Positions 38,239-46,812 are shown, numbered from the stretch's first letter. The stretch: 47,704 nt of DNA from a virus (IMGVR_UViG_3300031965_000049:1-47704), one strand, 5' to 3'. Translations and numbers: made by a program. The notes: generated by a model not told the origin, from the sequence alone.

Positions 38239-39518
38239 GCAACCGCATCGATGTTGATTCGGTGAAAAATGCGCTTAACTATAGTGCTGAAGAAATTGGA
38301 GCAACCCCCACCGGTGGCTACGCCGGAACAGCGCAGGATCTGTATCAGCTCACCCAAAACAATTACAGCGGCGTAATCCTCCCTACCGATGGAACGACCG
38401 CTATGACTCGCGTTGGGTTAAGCGACATTGAATGGTACAAAAAGGGGCTCAAGATCGTCCTGTTAGCCGACGATCTGACCGAAAACGTGGTAATTGCGGA
38501 TTATGCAAACCCCGAGATTGTAGCCGGCGCAGACCTGACCGGCGCCTCCGGGCAAGTAATGGTGAAGATACCGCGCATCTACTATCGCGAGGTGCTCGAC
38601 GGAAGCGGGGTGTTAATACGGGTTGAAATCTCGCCAATACGCCTGGTTGGCTTCGAATGCCATCCTAAGTTTGTGCGACCTGATGGCACAGAGCGTGAGT
38701 TCATCTACATCGGAGCATACGAAGCAAGCAACTCAGGAAGCAACGTTTTGCAATCCGTATCAGGGGTTGCACCGCTAACTTCACAGACACTTGCTACATT
38801 CAGAAGCCGTGCATTTGCAAGAGGTGAGGGGTGGTATCCTTACGATTTCTGGACTCAGCACCTAATTCAGTTGCTTTTTTATGTGAATCATGCAACATTC
38901 AACTCGCAGACCGCATTGCCCGGCTACACAGAAAGAACAGCGTGGAATGACGCCTACAAGCGCAATACGGGACGGTCGAACATATTGACAAGCATGAGCG
39001 GAACCATAGCTGCCGACCTCGGGGGGCTGGACATTGGTCTGGACGACGCGAACTGGCGAATTGCCGAAAAGAATATTGCAAATCGCTTTCTGTTCATTGA
39101 AAACCTGTTCGGGCATATCTGGAAATTCATGGACGGCTGCGCATTCGACGGACGTGTCGGACAGAGCAATCTGGCATACGTAACAAACGACCCAGCTCTA
39201 TTCACGTCGGTTGACGCTGAAATAACAACAAAATACAAAGCCTATGGCGCAGCCTTACCGGCAGCCACAAACGAGAACTACATACAAAGCATGCAATCCG
39301 GCTTTCTACCGAAAGCCCACGGAGGCGCATCGACTACGTATGTTACCGACTACTTCTGGTCACATCTCGACGATGCTTCTCGTGATTATTTCCGTGCCGT
39401 CCGCGCGGGTGGCGCTCTGAATAATGGCGGTCCGGCGGGTGTCGCGGCGCGTTATTCGACTAACGGTCTCGGTGCTGCGTTTTCGGATGTCGGGTCGCGG
39501 CTCTGCGCAGCGCCGTAG
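38220..39518 (+). CDS. DGR target protein; putative receptor-binding protein with a C-type-lectin-like C-terminal domain
   Basis: GQVMVKIP, YIGAYEA, IENLFGHIWKFMDG, C-terminal RAGG..NNG..AG..VGSRLC; VR matches the downstream TR. Confidence 0.9.
   Translation: MTTKIKGNRIDVDSVKNALNYSAEEIGATPTGGYAGTAQDLYQLTQNNYSGVILPTDGTTAMTRVGLSDIEWYKKGLKIVLLADDLTENVVIADYANPEIVAGADLTGASGQVMVKIPRIYYREVLDGSGVLIRVEISPIRLVGFECHPKFVRPDGTEREFIYIGAYEASNSGSNVLQSVSGVAPLTSQTLATFRSRAFARGEGWYPYDFWTQHLIQLLFYVNHATFNSQTALPGYTERTAWNDAYKRNTGRSNILTSMSGTIAADLGGLDIGLDDANWRIAEKNIANRFLFIENLFGHIWKFMDGCAFDGRVGQSNLAYVTNDPALFTSVDAEITTKYKAYGAALPAATNENYIQSMQSGFLPKAHGGASTTYVTDYFWSHLDDASRDYFRAVRAGGALNNGGPAGVAARYSTNGLGAAFSDVGSRLCAAP
39390..39503 (+). 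repeat. DGR variable repeat (VR)
   Basis: 12 of 13 mismatches to the TR fall on TR adenines. Confidence 0.92.
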
Positions 39519-39559
39519 TCGCCGGAAAATTTTTCACAGGTTACCGGTTCCACTGCGCT

Positions 39560-39646
39560 TTCCGTGTCGTCCACGCAGGTGGCAATCTGAATAATGGCAG
39601 TCAAGCGGGTGTCGCAGCGCGTAATTCGAATAACGGGTCGCAGCTA
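39560..39646 (+). repeat. DGR template repeat (TR) lacking 27 nt relative to the VR
   Basis: AAT/AAC-rich copy of the VR; nine VR codons have no counterpart. Confidence 0.9.
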
Positions 39647-39662
39647 AGCTATACAAAACGGC

Positions 39663-39815
39663 TGGATCCGCAAGCGGATAGTTAAGGAAATGAAGCGAAA
39701 GCTAAACCAGCCCGCCAGTCTGGCCAGTTATTGGGGTTGGTTGAAACACGACGATTCTTATCGTTTAACCAAAAAATATTTTAATAATGAAAGGAAATTC
39801 AAACACACAGCCTGA
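39663..39815 (+). pseudogene. C-terminal remnant of a DGR reverse transcriptase
   Basis: Hand translation WIRKRIVKEMKRKLNQPASLASYWGWLKHDDSYRLTKKYF..; in-frame stop at 39645 upstream; no YxDD core present. Confidence 0.8.
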
Positions 39816-40344
39816 GCGAATTGAGCGCATCGGGAAACAATATCAAGTAAGGTGGAATGTCGTTCGAAACGACCGCACAAACGAAGATGAACAGCCGATT
39901 GAAAGCTGGGATTACGATTACGCAAATTGCGCTACCGGCGACTACTCGGCGCTGGTTGAAGGAATCATCCGCAGCCGATATGCAGCCTCGCAGATCGAAG
40001 CAATCTTAGCTAATTACAGTAACGGGCACAATGTTGAAGAATGGTTGCGCCTGCAAGCCTGGCGCGAACTGGCCAAAGAAGTTGCAAAAGGTGAATTGAT
40101 TACAGAAAAGCTACGGGCGAAAGCTACCCTTCCGCTCGATTTCGTGCTCGCAGGTGGCAGATACGAAGCCCTTGCAGATCGTATTCTCAAAATTGGCAGC
40201 CCTTACGAGTTGTCGAAAGATGCCGCCGGCACTGAGTTTGTGACCGTGTACCTGGAAGAGATCAAGCCGGAGCATGCGGCAGTAATAGTCGCCGATCCGG
40301 ATGTAGTCATTTACCAAATCAACCTGCTCGATGAAGCGCTTTAG
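39787..40344 (+). CDS. Hypothetical protein of the DGR island
   Basis: 185 aa; LVEGIIRSRY..IEAILANY; overlaps the end of the RT remnant. Confidence 0.8.
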   Translation: MKGNSNTQPERIERIGKQYQVRWNVVRNDRTNEDEQPIESWDYDYANCATGDYSALVEGIIRSRYAASQIEAILANYSNGHNVEEWLRLQAWRELAKEVAKGELITEKLRAKATLPLDFVLAGGRYEALADRILKIGSPYELSKDAAGTEFVTVYLEEIKPEHAAVIVADPDVVIYQINLLDEAL

Positions 40345-40603
40345 CGACTTTGCGTCGGAGGAGGCACAGCTCGACGGCGTAAAAGTGAAGCTGGATGACC
40401 TGCTAAACCGCGATATCATCCTGTTGGCCTACCGGGTGTCTGAATCGAAGTACAGCAAAAATAAGAGCGGCAAATACGCAACAGTTCAGTTCAAGCAACA
40501 AGAAAGCTGTCCGCCGCAGGTGTTTTTCACCGGCTCCGACATCCTGATCGAGCAACTCGAGAAATACAAGGACGAACTGCCATTTGTGGCAATTGTATTA
40601 TAA
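40331..40603 (+). CDS. Small hypothetical protein of the DGR island; C-terminus possibly clipped
   Basis: MKRFSDF..LLNRDI..FFTGSDILIEQL..LPF. Confidence 0.75.
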   Translation: MKRFSDFASEEAQLDGVKVKLDDLLNRDIILLAYRVSESKYSKNKSGKYATVQFKQQESCPPQVFFTGSDILIEQLEKYKDELPFVAIVL

Positions 40604-40895
40604 TTCAGACAATTTTGATTCACCAGGTTATCAATTTAAGAAATACGGATTTCCTGTTAGAATTGTAAAAGATGTTACTGAATTGTTAGATGGAGAATTT
40701 GGGACATACACAGGCAATGACGGTACGATATATGAAACTATTTGCATCGGAACTATTGAGATAACTTCTAGAAATATAACTGAAACAATGTATCGGAATG
40801 GCACAGTAATTCCCAAAGTCGCCTCTAACACGGAATGGGCCAATTTAACAACAGGAGCAAGAAGCGTATATGAAAATAATGAAAATAACAAATAA
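40584..40895 (+). pseudogene. Fragment resembling a Fibrobacter succinogenes major paralogous (FISUMP) domain
   Basis: YGFPVRIVKD then NDGTIYETICIG..YRNGTVIP..W..LTTGA; weak GTG start at a GC/AT junction. Confidence 0.6.
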
Positions 40896-40944
40896 TAGTA
40901 CAAGAAATTGGCTATAATTACAACGACGGAAACGGGAGGGCATT

Positions 40945-41220
40945 ATGAGCAACATCTACAAATATCTAGCAATCTTATTGACAGGCATCATCATAGGCAT
41001 TATCTTTATGCTCAAAAAGGTTAAGCCTGTTATCAATGCTGGCACCTATATTGACAATATGGAGCAAAAAGTAAACAAACTAAAACAAAGAGGACATGAA
41101 AACACGCAAACAACAGAGGGTAGAATTACTATTCCCGGACACGGTGAAGATAAAGCCATTTCAAAGAAAGAAATACGTAAGTCGAAAAGAGAGGCACGGC
41201 GAGAAAAACGATCACGTTAG
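40945..41220 (+). CDS. Membrane-anchored lysis-module protein
   Basis: N-terminal TM segment and a basic tail. Confidence 0.65.
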   Translation: MSNIYKYLAILLTGIIIGIIFMLKKVKPVINAGTYIDNMEQKVNKLKQRGHENTQTTEGRITIPGHGEDKAISKKEIRKSKREARREKRSR

Positions 41221-41287
41221 CTAAGTAAATAACCGCTCGAAAGAGCACAAATAAACAGATCGGAAACCCGGTCATAAAATAAGTAAA

Positions 41288-41563
41288 ATGAAAGAATTAT
41301 TATTAAATTTAGATTGGGCTGAGATTGCCAGTGCGGGGCTAGCAATTGTGGTCTATTTTTTTGGTAAATTTTGGGTTAAAGCAAAGCCACTGATTATAGC
41401 CTTTGCGAATGCTATTGAAGATGACAAGATTGACGCAAACGAGCGTAAAGACCTTGTTGCTCTTGCAAAGGCGTTATTAGGCAATAAAGCTATTTCGGTA
41501 GCCGTGGCAGGGCCTACAGACGATGAGCCAAACGGCCCCGATCTTCCACCAAAGCAGGCGTAG
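41288..41563 (+). CDS. Holin-like small membrane protein
   Basis: One TM segment followed by AIEDDKIDANE. Confidence 0.55.
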   Translation: MKELLLNLDWAEIASAGLAIVVYFFGKFWVKAKPLIIAFANAIEDDKIDANERKDLVALAKALLGNKAISVAVAGPTDDEPNGPDLPPKQA

Positions 41564-41564
41564 C

Positions 41565-41945
41565 ATGGGAGCAAAGGATTTAAAAATTAAAGGCATAGTA
41601 GGGGCGGCTTCGGCTGCCCTTGCTTTATTATCGTATGTCGGTTACTATTTCGCATTCTACAACTACAATACACGGCTTGATGAGCTTTTTTTTATTGGTA
41701 CTGGCGTATCGATTTCGCTGAGTTTCGGGTTACTTTTCACATTCTTTCAGAATAAAGCTGTAAGAGCTTTAACTTTGTTTTGCTCAGTTTTTTATTTTAT
41801 ATTAGTCAATATTTATGTTGTATGCGGTTTGATAACTGGAAATTACTATGCGCACATAAAACTAAGTCTAACCATCGGCCTTGCAGCCGGATTATTATAT
41901 CTTGCTTATGACACCCTTGACAATCGACGGCGAAATGGCGTATAA
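41565..41945 (+). CDS. Four-TM membrane protein
   Basis: ORF 41523..41945; likely ATG at 41565. Confidence 0.7.
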   Translation: MGAKDLKIKGIVGAASAALALLSYVGYYFAFYNYNTRLDELFFIGTGVSISLSFGLLFTFFQNKAVRALTLFCSVFYFILVNIYVVCGLITGNYYAHIKLSLTIGLAAGLLYLAYDTLDNRRRNGV

Positions 41946-42171
41946 TGGAATAATAGCAATTATTTCACTAGTAACATTTGTAATCATGTATAACAAGGCC
42001 GTTAGAAATAGGGCGGATAAATTGGACTTAGACGATCTCAGGAAATACGTTGATCAACAAGATAGGGCGTTACATCACAGGGTAACAGGTGTAGAAAAGA
42101 GAGTAGATGACGGAATTTCGGAGTTGAATAAAGATGTAAAGGAAATATTAAAGCTGCTAACAAAGAAATAA
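41908..42171 (+). CDS. Holin-like protein (TM plus coiled coil)
   Basis: Directly precedes the endolysin candidate. Confidence 0.55.
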   Translation: MTPLTIDGEMAYNGIIAIISLVTFVIMYNKAVRNRADKLDLDDLRKYVDQQDRALHHRVTGVEKRVDDGISELNKDVKEILKLLTKK

Positions 42172-42172
42172 T

Positions 42173-42646
42173 ATGACACCCACATTATGCCTAAACATTC
42201 AAACTGTATTGCACGACCTTAATAGTGTGATCCCTTATTCCGATGAGGCACATATGTTGTTGTGTGGCACGTGTGCGCAGGAGTCCGCATTTGGAAAGTA
42301 TCGCAGGCAAATTGGTGGCGGTCCGGCTCTTGGGATCTTCCAGATGGAACCGGGGACGTTTGATGACATTGTAATTAATTTTATGGAATATAAGCCACAA
42401 CTGGCAGACTGCATCATGGATCTGGCAGATGTGTATGACTTTGATTCAAAACTACTTGAGGTAAACGATATACTTTCTACGTGCTTTGCCCGGGTACATT
42501 ATTTTAGAGTTAAAGAAAAGATACCATCTGATTTGCCGGGGCAAGCTGAATATTGGAAGAAGCATTATAACACATATCAAGGGAAAGGGAAAGTCGAGGA
42601 TTACATTGCTAATTATAAGCGGTATGTATTAAGTGCTAGAGGATAG
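42173..42646 (+). CDS. Putative endolysin (lysozyme-like fold)
   Basis: GTCAQES, GGGPALGIFQMEP, ARVHY, YWKKHYNT. Confidence 0.75.
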   Translation: MTPTLCLNIQTVLHDLNSVIPYSDEAHMLLCGTCAQESAFGKYRRQIGGGPALGIFQMEPGTFDDIVINFMEYKPQLADCIMDLADVYDFDSKLLEVNDILSTCFARVHYFRVKEKIPSDLPGQAEYWKKHYNTYQGKGKVEDYIANYKRYVLSARG

Positions 42647-42839
42647 TACGTACTGTATTGTTAATATCGGTCGGCATTTAGTATGTGATAGAGTATAGTA
42701 CATACCGTGGTTTATAAAATGCAACAGACTATTTCGTAATTAATTAAAAAGGTGTACATTTGATTACTTTGAATAATGATTGTTAATACTTGTTTTCATT
42801 TTGGAGTTGATTTTGCTTTAAGGTTAGGTTAGGTTAGTA

Positions 42840-42868
42840 AAAAGCCCGGATAGTTGTCCGGGCTTTCT
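42840..42868. terminator. Probable bidirectional terminator between the converging arms
   Basis: aaagcccgga-tagttg-tccgggcttt. Confidence 0.8.
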
Positions 42869-42872
42869 TGTA

Positions 42873-43037
42873 TTAAAAAATTACTGCTTCATCTTCATCA
42901 TCGGGATAATGCACGACTTTTTTCTCAGTATGATTAAGCGCTGCATCTTTCTGAACTATCCGGATCAACCAGATAGCGGAATACACGACATAGAATAACA
43001 ATACAATTGTTGCAGGAATCAGGATTACTTTGTACAT
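42873..43037 (-). CDS. 54-aa membrane peptide, below the ORF-track cutoff
   Basis: MYKVILIPATIVLLFYVVYSAIWLIRIVQK..DDEDEAVIF. Confidence 0.55.
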   Translation of the reverse strand: MYKVILIPATIVLLFYVVYSAIWLIRIVQKDAALNHTEKKVVHYPDDEDEAVIF

Positions 43038-43420
43038 AGCTGCTCGATTTTGAATGTAAATTCATCTCGCGGATATTCATCTTTAGATGTTGTGTAAGTA
43101 AAGTCTAATTCACATCCGGAATTGCCGTCCCACAATGCAACATCTAGATCATAAATTGCGACTCCAATAAGTTCCGACGTCTCTGGCAATTCATGCGTAC
43201 AGGGTATAATTGAATATTCTTCGACTTTCCGGTACTGGATATCCATTTCATATACTGCAACCTTGATATGTATCGTATCAGATACTTCGAAATAGCCATC
43301 GCCCATGTCTTTCTCCACCGGCTTTTCACGTATTTCCTGACAGATGTATTCAAGGATTTCGCAATCAACATCAACTATGTTAATCGATTTTTTTTCAATA
43401 GTTGGGTTAAATTCTTTCAT
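43025..43420 (-). CDS. Acidic hypothetical protein
   Basis: 131-aa ORF. Confidence 0.75.
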   Translation of the reverse strand: MKEFNPTIEKKSINIVDVDCEILEYICQEIREKPVEKDMGDGYFEVSDTIHIKVAVYEMDIQYRKVEEYSIIPCTHELPETSELIGVAIYDLDVALWDGNSGCELDFTYTTSKDEYPRDEFTFKIEQLCTK

Positions 43421-43452
43421 TTTGTTTTGTTTTTAAGTGGTTAAAATTTTTA

Positions 43453-43487
43453 GGTTCAATTTATTGAAGTGGGTATATTTGGTAGTT
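43453..43487 (+). mobile_element. attI-like site, apparently empty
   Basis: 32/35 identical to 9481..9515; no attC-like hairpin follows before the next copy. Confidence 0.6.
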
Positions 43488-43512
43488 ATTTATCTTTTCA
43501 AAGTCTATACTC

Positions 43513-43557
43513 CAAATATACCCTAGTTTTTTTATTCAAAACATGACTAAAATCATG
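43513..43557 (-). promoter_or_regulatory. Palindrome-class promoter (copy 5 of 5)
   Basis: TATATTTG box plus CATGAC-taaa-ATCATG 21 bp away. Confidence 0.65.
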
Positions 43558-43999
43558 TTTCCAAAATATCTTCAATTAGTCCCTGAAATTGCTCAAGACT
43601 TCTTATAATATAATAATCAAATCCAGCCTTTTCAACAAACAATTGCCAATGCACCTGATCGGGTGACTGTCGCCCTGTTTCGGTCTTAAATTCAATTAGG
43701 TGTGCTACACCTTCCCAAAGAAAGATAGTGTCTGAAACGCCAGGTATTATTCCCATAGCCTTTGCAATAGCTCCAGAAATACCATTGCCTCGCTTGCATT
43801 GAGATATTACTTCATTCACTTTTTCTAAAACTAGCCTTTTATCATTTATGTTTTCAATTACGAAAAGCATAGCATTGATTATTACTTTTACTGATAGTCT
43901 TGCGCCCTCATTTTGTACCGCAAAAAACAGTCCTCTTGTCTCAGGGTAATTATTCCAAAGCCATTTTACGCATTCGGCTTGTATTTGTGATTCTTTCAT
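43553..43999 (-). CDS. VRR-NUC domain nuclease
   Basis: ESQIQAECVKW, MGIIPGVSD, IEFKTETGRQSPDQ, YYIIRS. Confidence 0.9.
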   Translation of the reverse strand: MKESQIQAECVKWLWNNYPETRGLFFAVQNEGARLSVKVIINAMLFVIENINDKRLVLEKVNEVISQCKRGNGISGAIAKAMGIIPGVSDTIFLWEGVAHLIEFKTETGRQSPDQVHWQLFVEKAGFDYYIIRSLEQFQGLIEDILET

Positions 44000-44232
44000 A
44001 AGTTATCGATTACAAATTTTACATTGTGTATTTTTCTTATTGTTCGGGACTTCTTAACTCCGTTATAACTCAAATTATTCGATTTCGCATAATCCGGAAT
44101 AGTTTGAAGATTTAGAAAATCACCCGCCAGTTCAATTAATTGAACCAATCCGTCGCTACTCCATTTGCCTCTTTGAATAGATTCACCTAGTTTATTAAGT
44201 GAAAGTTTCTCGTATTCAGATATTTGTGTCAT
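43996..44232 (-). CDS. Small putative DNA-binding protein abutting the attI-like site
   Basis: TIPDYAKSNNLSYNGVKK is HTH-like; its ATG is adjacent to 44233. Confidence 0.7.
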   Translation of the reverse strand: MTQISEYEKLSLNKLGESIQRGKWSSDGLVQLIELAGDFLNLQTIPDYAKSNNLSYNGVKKSRTIRKIHNVKFVIDNL

Positions 44233-44267
44233 GGTTCAATTTATTGAACTGTATATATTTGGTAGTT
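44233..44267 (+). mobile_element. attI-like site heading array 1
   Basis: Identical to 9481..9515; GTTAACGCCT at 44265 is matched by AGGCGTTAAC at 45009. Confidence 0.7.
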
Positions 44268-44272
44268 AACGC

Positions 44273-44443
44273 CTATTTAAAAGGTACTCGGTAGATAACG
44301 CAATCTGGGAGGACAATTGGGAATTTCAAAGCTTTGAGAGAATGATAAGGAAGATTAAACTCGTCGCAAAGCTTTTTAAAATTACCCCGACAAATTGGTT
44401 CTTTATCGGGGTAAATTAGGATGATTACTGATTGACGTTGCAT
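44273..44443 (-). CDS. Small hypothetical protein (possibly DNA-binding)
   Basis: ORF 44273..44458; TAATG-coupled ATG at 44443; GNFKKLCDEFNLPYHSL. Confidence 0.65.
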   Translation of the reverse strand: MQRQSVIILIYPDKEPICRGNFKKLCDEFNLPYHSLKALKFPIVLPDCVIYRVPFK

Positions 44444-44607
44444 TAGTTTTCTTTCCAATAAATTAACAATTCAGCTTCTCTTTCTGCATTATTGCAGCTA
44501 AATGTTGCAAACCAAAACTCGCTCATTTTGCTTTCAATGTTTTCAATGTCAGTTCCTAAAAAATCTGAAAATTGAGCTGCTAATTTTTTTAATTCTGAAT
44601 TTTCCAT
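44443..44607 (-). CDS. 54-aa hypothetical protein, below the ORF-track cutoff
   Basis: MENSELKKLAAQFSDFLG..YWKEN. Confidence 0.6.
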   Translation of the reverse strand: MENSELKKLAAQFSDFLGTDIENIESKMSEFWFATFSCNNAEREAELLIYWKEN

Positions 44608-44626
44608 TTTGTGTTTTTTTTAATGA

Positions 44627-44890
44627 TTAAAAATATACTGCATCTGTATTTGTATCTTCCGGGAAAATGTCTTCTTTTTTAGAAGCCTTAACATTCTTTG
44701 CAAATTCAATAACTTCATCAATATTATTAAAAGTTCCTTTTTTTGCAGTTAAGGCATCTTTAACAATACGATAGTTTTCAAACTCATACTTATTCAAATC
44801 ATTCATTAATTGAGAAACTTCAGGATGATTCTTTTGTCTTCCGCTTGTAGCTTCAAATTCGATTCCGGTAATGTTACAATTTGCTTTCAT
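44627..44890 (-). CDS. Hypothetical protein
   Basis: ORF 44627..44932; ATG at 44890 lies downstream of a -7-like box. Confidence 0.75.
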   Translation of the reverse strand: MKANCNITGIEFEATSGRQKNHPEVSQLMNDLNKYEFENYRIVKDALTAKKGTFNNIDEVIEFAKNVKASKKEDIFPEDTNTDAVYF

Positions 44891-45008
44891 CTTGTTTTGT
44901 ATTTGTGATTGTTTGATGAAGTAAAGATACAACGTATTTTTCTATTGTACAAGTATTTTTGTAATTATTTTTAACATATTTCTATGTTTTTTGACATGAA
45001 TTGAAAAC

Positions 45009-45143
45009 AGGCGTTAACACGTGCTATATGTCAAGTCTGGCAGTATCAGTTATTCAAGTTCAGTTCTCGCATTAGCACCGTAGCGGCTCGATATTGTTTC
45101 TTTCCGTATCCATCCCTGCATATAGCACCAACCGTTATGTGCA
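45009..45143 (+). mobile_element. attC-like hairpin C1
   Basis: AGGCGTTAAC; arms gtgctatatg / catatagcac; R' GTTATGTGCA at 45134. Confidence 0.8.
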
Positions 45144-45190
45144 ATAGCCTTTCTTCGTAGCAAGGTTAGTGCTTAATAAGTCTTTTTGTT

Positions 45191-45352
45191 TTATTTTTTC
45201 CCTACCCGCTTCTGGTTTTTCAAACCAGTTAAGTAAGTGCTAAGTAAATATTGTACTAAAGAACTAAAAGAACGGCTTTCGGATTTTGCTTGCTTTTGTC
45301 CGTCATTTAAAGTTTCTTCGTCAATGGTTACGCTTGTATTTTTCGTTGCCAT
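45191..45352 (-). CDS. 53-aa ribbon-helix-helix-like protein, below the ORF-track cutoff
   Basis: MATKNTSVTIDEETLNDGQKQAKSESRSFSSLVQYLL. Confidence 0.7.
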   Translation of the reverse strand: MATKNTSVTIDEETLNDGQKQAKSESRSFSSLVQYLLSTYLTGLKNQKRVGKK

Positions 45353-45353
45353 A

Positions 45354-46547
45354 TTAAATACTTTCAATTTGTGTTTTTGCCCATTTTTTGAATGCAGAAA
45401 ATTTCATGGTAATATCTAAAGCAATATCCTGTGATTCTTTAGAAGTAAATACAGGCATTGGCACAAATCTAATATCATTAATCCATGCGTTTAGCTTTTC
45501 TTTGTCCGGGGCTTTATTTGCTTTATTTTCAGCTTCAATTCTTGCTTTTTCTTCTTTATCGGCTTTCTCTTTCGCTTCAATTTCTGCTTTTTGTTTTGCC
45601 TGTAATTCAGCTTGCAGTCTATCTTTTTCAGCCTTATCTCTTTTCTCTTTTGCTTCGGCTTCCTTAGCTTTTTGGGCTTCAAATTCATAATGCTGTTTTG
45701 CTCCTATTTTAATTTCAGAAAGTTCTTTTTGATATTCTTTTTCAGGAGAATTTAAAAGTTTTCCATAATCACGAATAAAAATAATGTACGGTTTAAGCTC
45801 TTCATTTCTTTTTTTATCCTGCAAATCTTTTCTATCCTTTTCATCTTTTTGCTTTTTACGCTCAATTTCTAAAGCCTTTTCTTTTGCTTCGGCTTCCTTT
45901 TTCAATCGTTCATTTTCAACCTTAATTCTTTCACGTTCGGCAGCTTCTTCTTTTTCTTTTTGGATTCTGGCTTCTTCGGCTTTCTTTTCAGCTTCAATTT
46001 TATCATTAAAAGCCTTTTCAATCCCTGTAAAAAACATTTCAAAAGTTTCGTCACTCATGTGTTCAAATTCAGAGCGTAACATTTCGGGAGCTACTTTTGC
46101 AACTTTAAGTATTCGTTGTTGTGTTTTCAACTCTTTTTGTTCAGCTTCAAAACGTTCTTTAGTTTCTTCTTTCCAACGTGCATTTTCTTCAATTTCTTTT
46201 GTTAAAATTTGCATCGTTTGCTTTGCCTTTAACCAAAGTGAATCTTCTGTTTTGTAGCTTAACATTTGTTGTTGAACATCAGCTCTTTTTGCATCAAATG
46301 TTTTTTCAGCTTCCAAACGTTTTTGTTTTACACCAAGTCGTATTGTGGCGCAAAGTTTCATATTTACTTTGTCGTTTTCATCGGAAACAACTATACTGTC
46401 AAGTTGCTCGCGCATTTTTGAAACTCCATTAAAGACATGGTTTAAAACCGTTTGCACTTCGTTTCTTTTTTCAAGTGAAACGTTTTTTGCTATTTCAGCA
46501 ACCTCATTCGGTAATACTACTGTTAATTGATTTTCCATAAAATACAT
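45354..46547 (-). CDS. Long E/K/A-rich coiled-coil phage protein
   Basis: 397 aa; C-terminal KAPDKEKL. Confidence 0.85.
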   Translation of the reverse strand: MYFMENQLTVVLPNEVAEIAKNVSLEKRNEVQTVLNHVFNGVSKMREQLDSIVVSDENDKVNMKLCATIRLGVKQKRLEAEKTFDAKRADVQQQMLSYKTEDSLWLKAKQTMQILTKEIEENARWKEETKERFEAEQKELKTQQRILKVAKVAPEMLRSEFEHMSDETFEMFFTGIEKAFNDKIEAEKKAEEARIQKEKEEAAERERIKVENERLKKEAEAKEKALEIERKKQKDEKDRKDLQDKKRNEELKPYIIFIRDYGKLLNSPEKEYQKELSEIKIGAKQHYEFEAQKAKEAEAKEKRDKAEKDRLQAELQAKQKAEIEAKEKADKEEKARIEAENKANKAPDKEKLNAWINDIRFVPMPVFTSKESQDIALDITMKFSAFKKWAKTQIESI

Positions 46548-46674
46548 GTTTTAATTTGTTGCTAAGTTAGTATTATTTTATAATATATCCTAATATAAAA
46601 ATAAATAAAAATTGCCTCCCTAAAAAAATAAAACAAAAAGGGTCACAGCTTTGAATGAACGGATAAAAGCTACA

Positions 46675-46808
46675 TGCACACAACACACGGTATAAGCAAA
46701 AACCGTTGCAGTGCGTAAGTCAAAGTATGTAGTTCTAATTAAGTTCATATCGTGTTGATTGTGTTGTGTTTCAAATCGGTTTCAGCTCATACCGTCACCG
46801 TTATGGCT
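46675..46808 (+). mobile_element. attC-like hairpin C2
   Basis: TGCACACAAC (9/10 complement of 45134); arms acggtataagcaaaaaccg / cggtttcagctcataccgt; R' GTTATGGCT at 46800. Confidence 0.85.
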
Positions 46809-46812
46809 CAGT

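Noticed and set aside
39519-39559. GC-rich DGR hairpin downstream of the VR
   Set aside because: Only a weak gaaaa/ttttc pairing is visible; not supportable.
45388-46530. Plus-strand ORFs opposite the coiled-coil gene, and similar antisense ORFs over the primase, tape measure and portal genes
   Set aside because: Shadow frames of strongly biased coding sequence.
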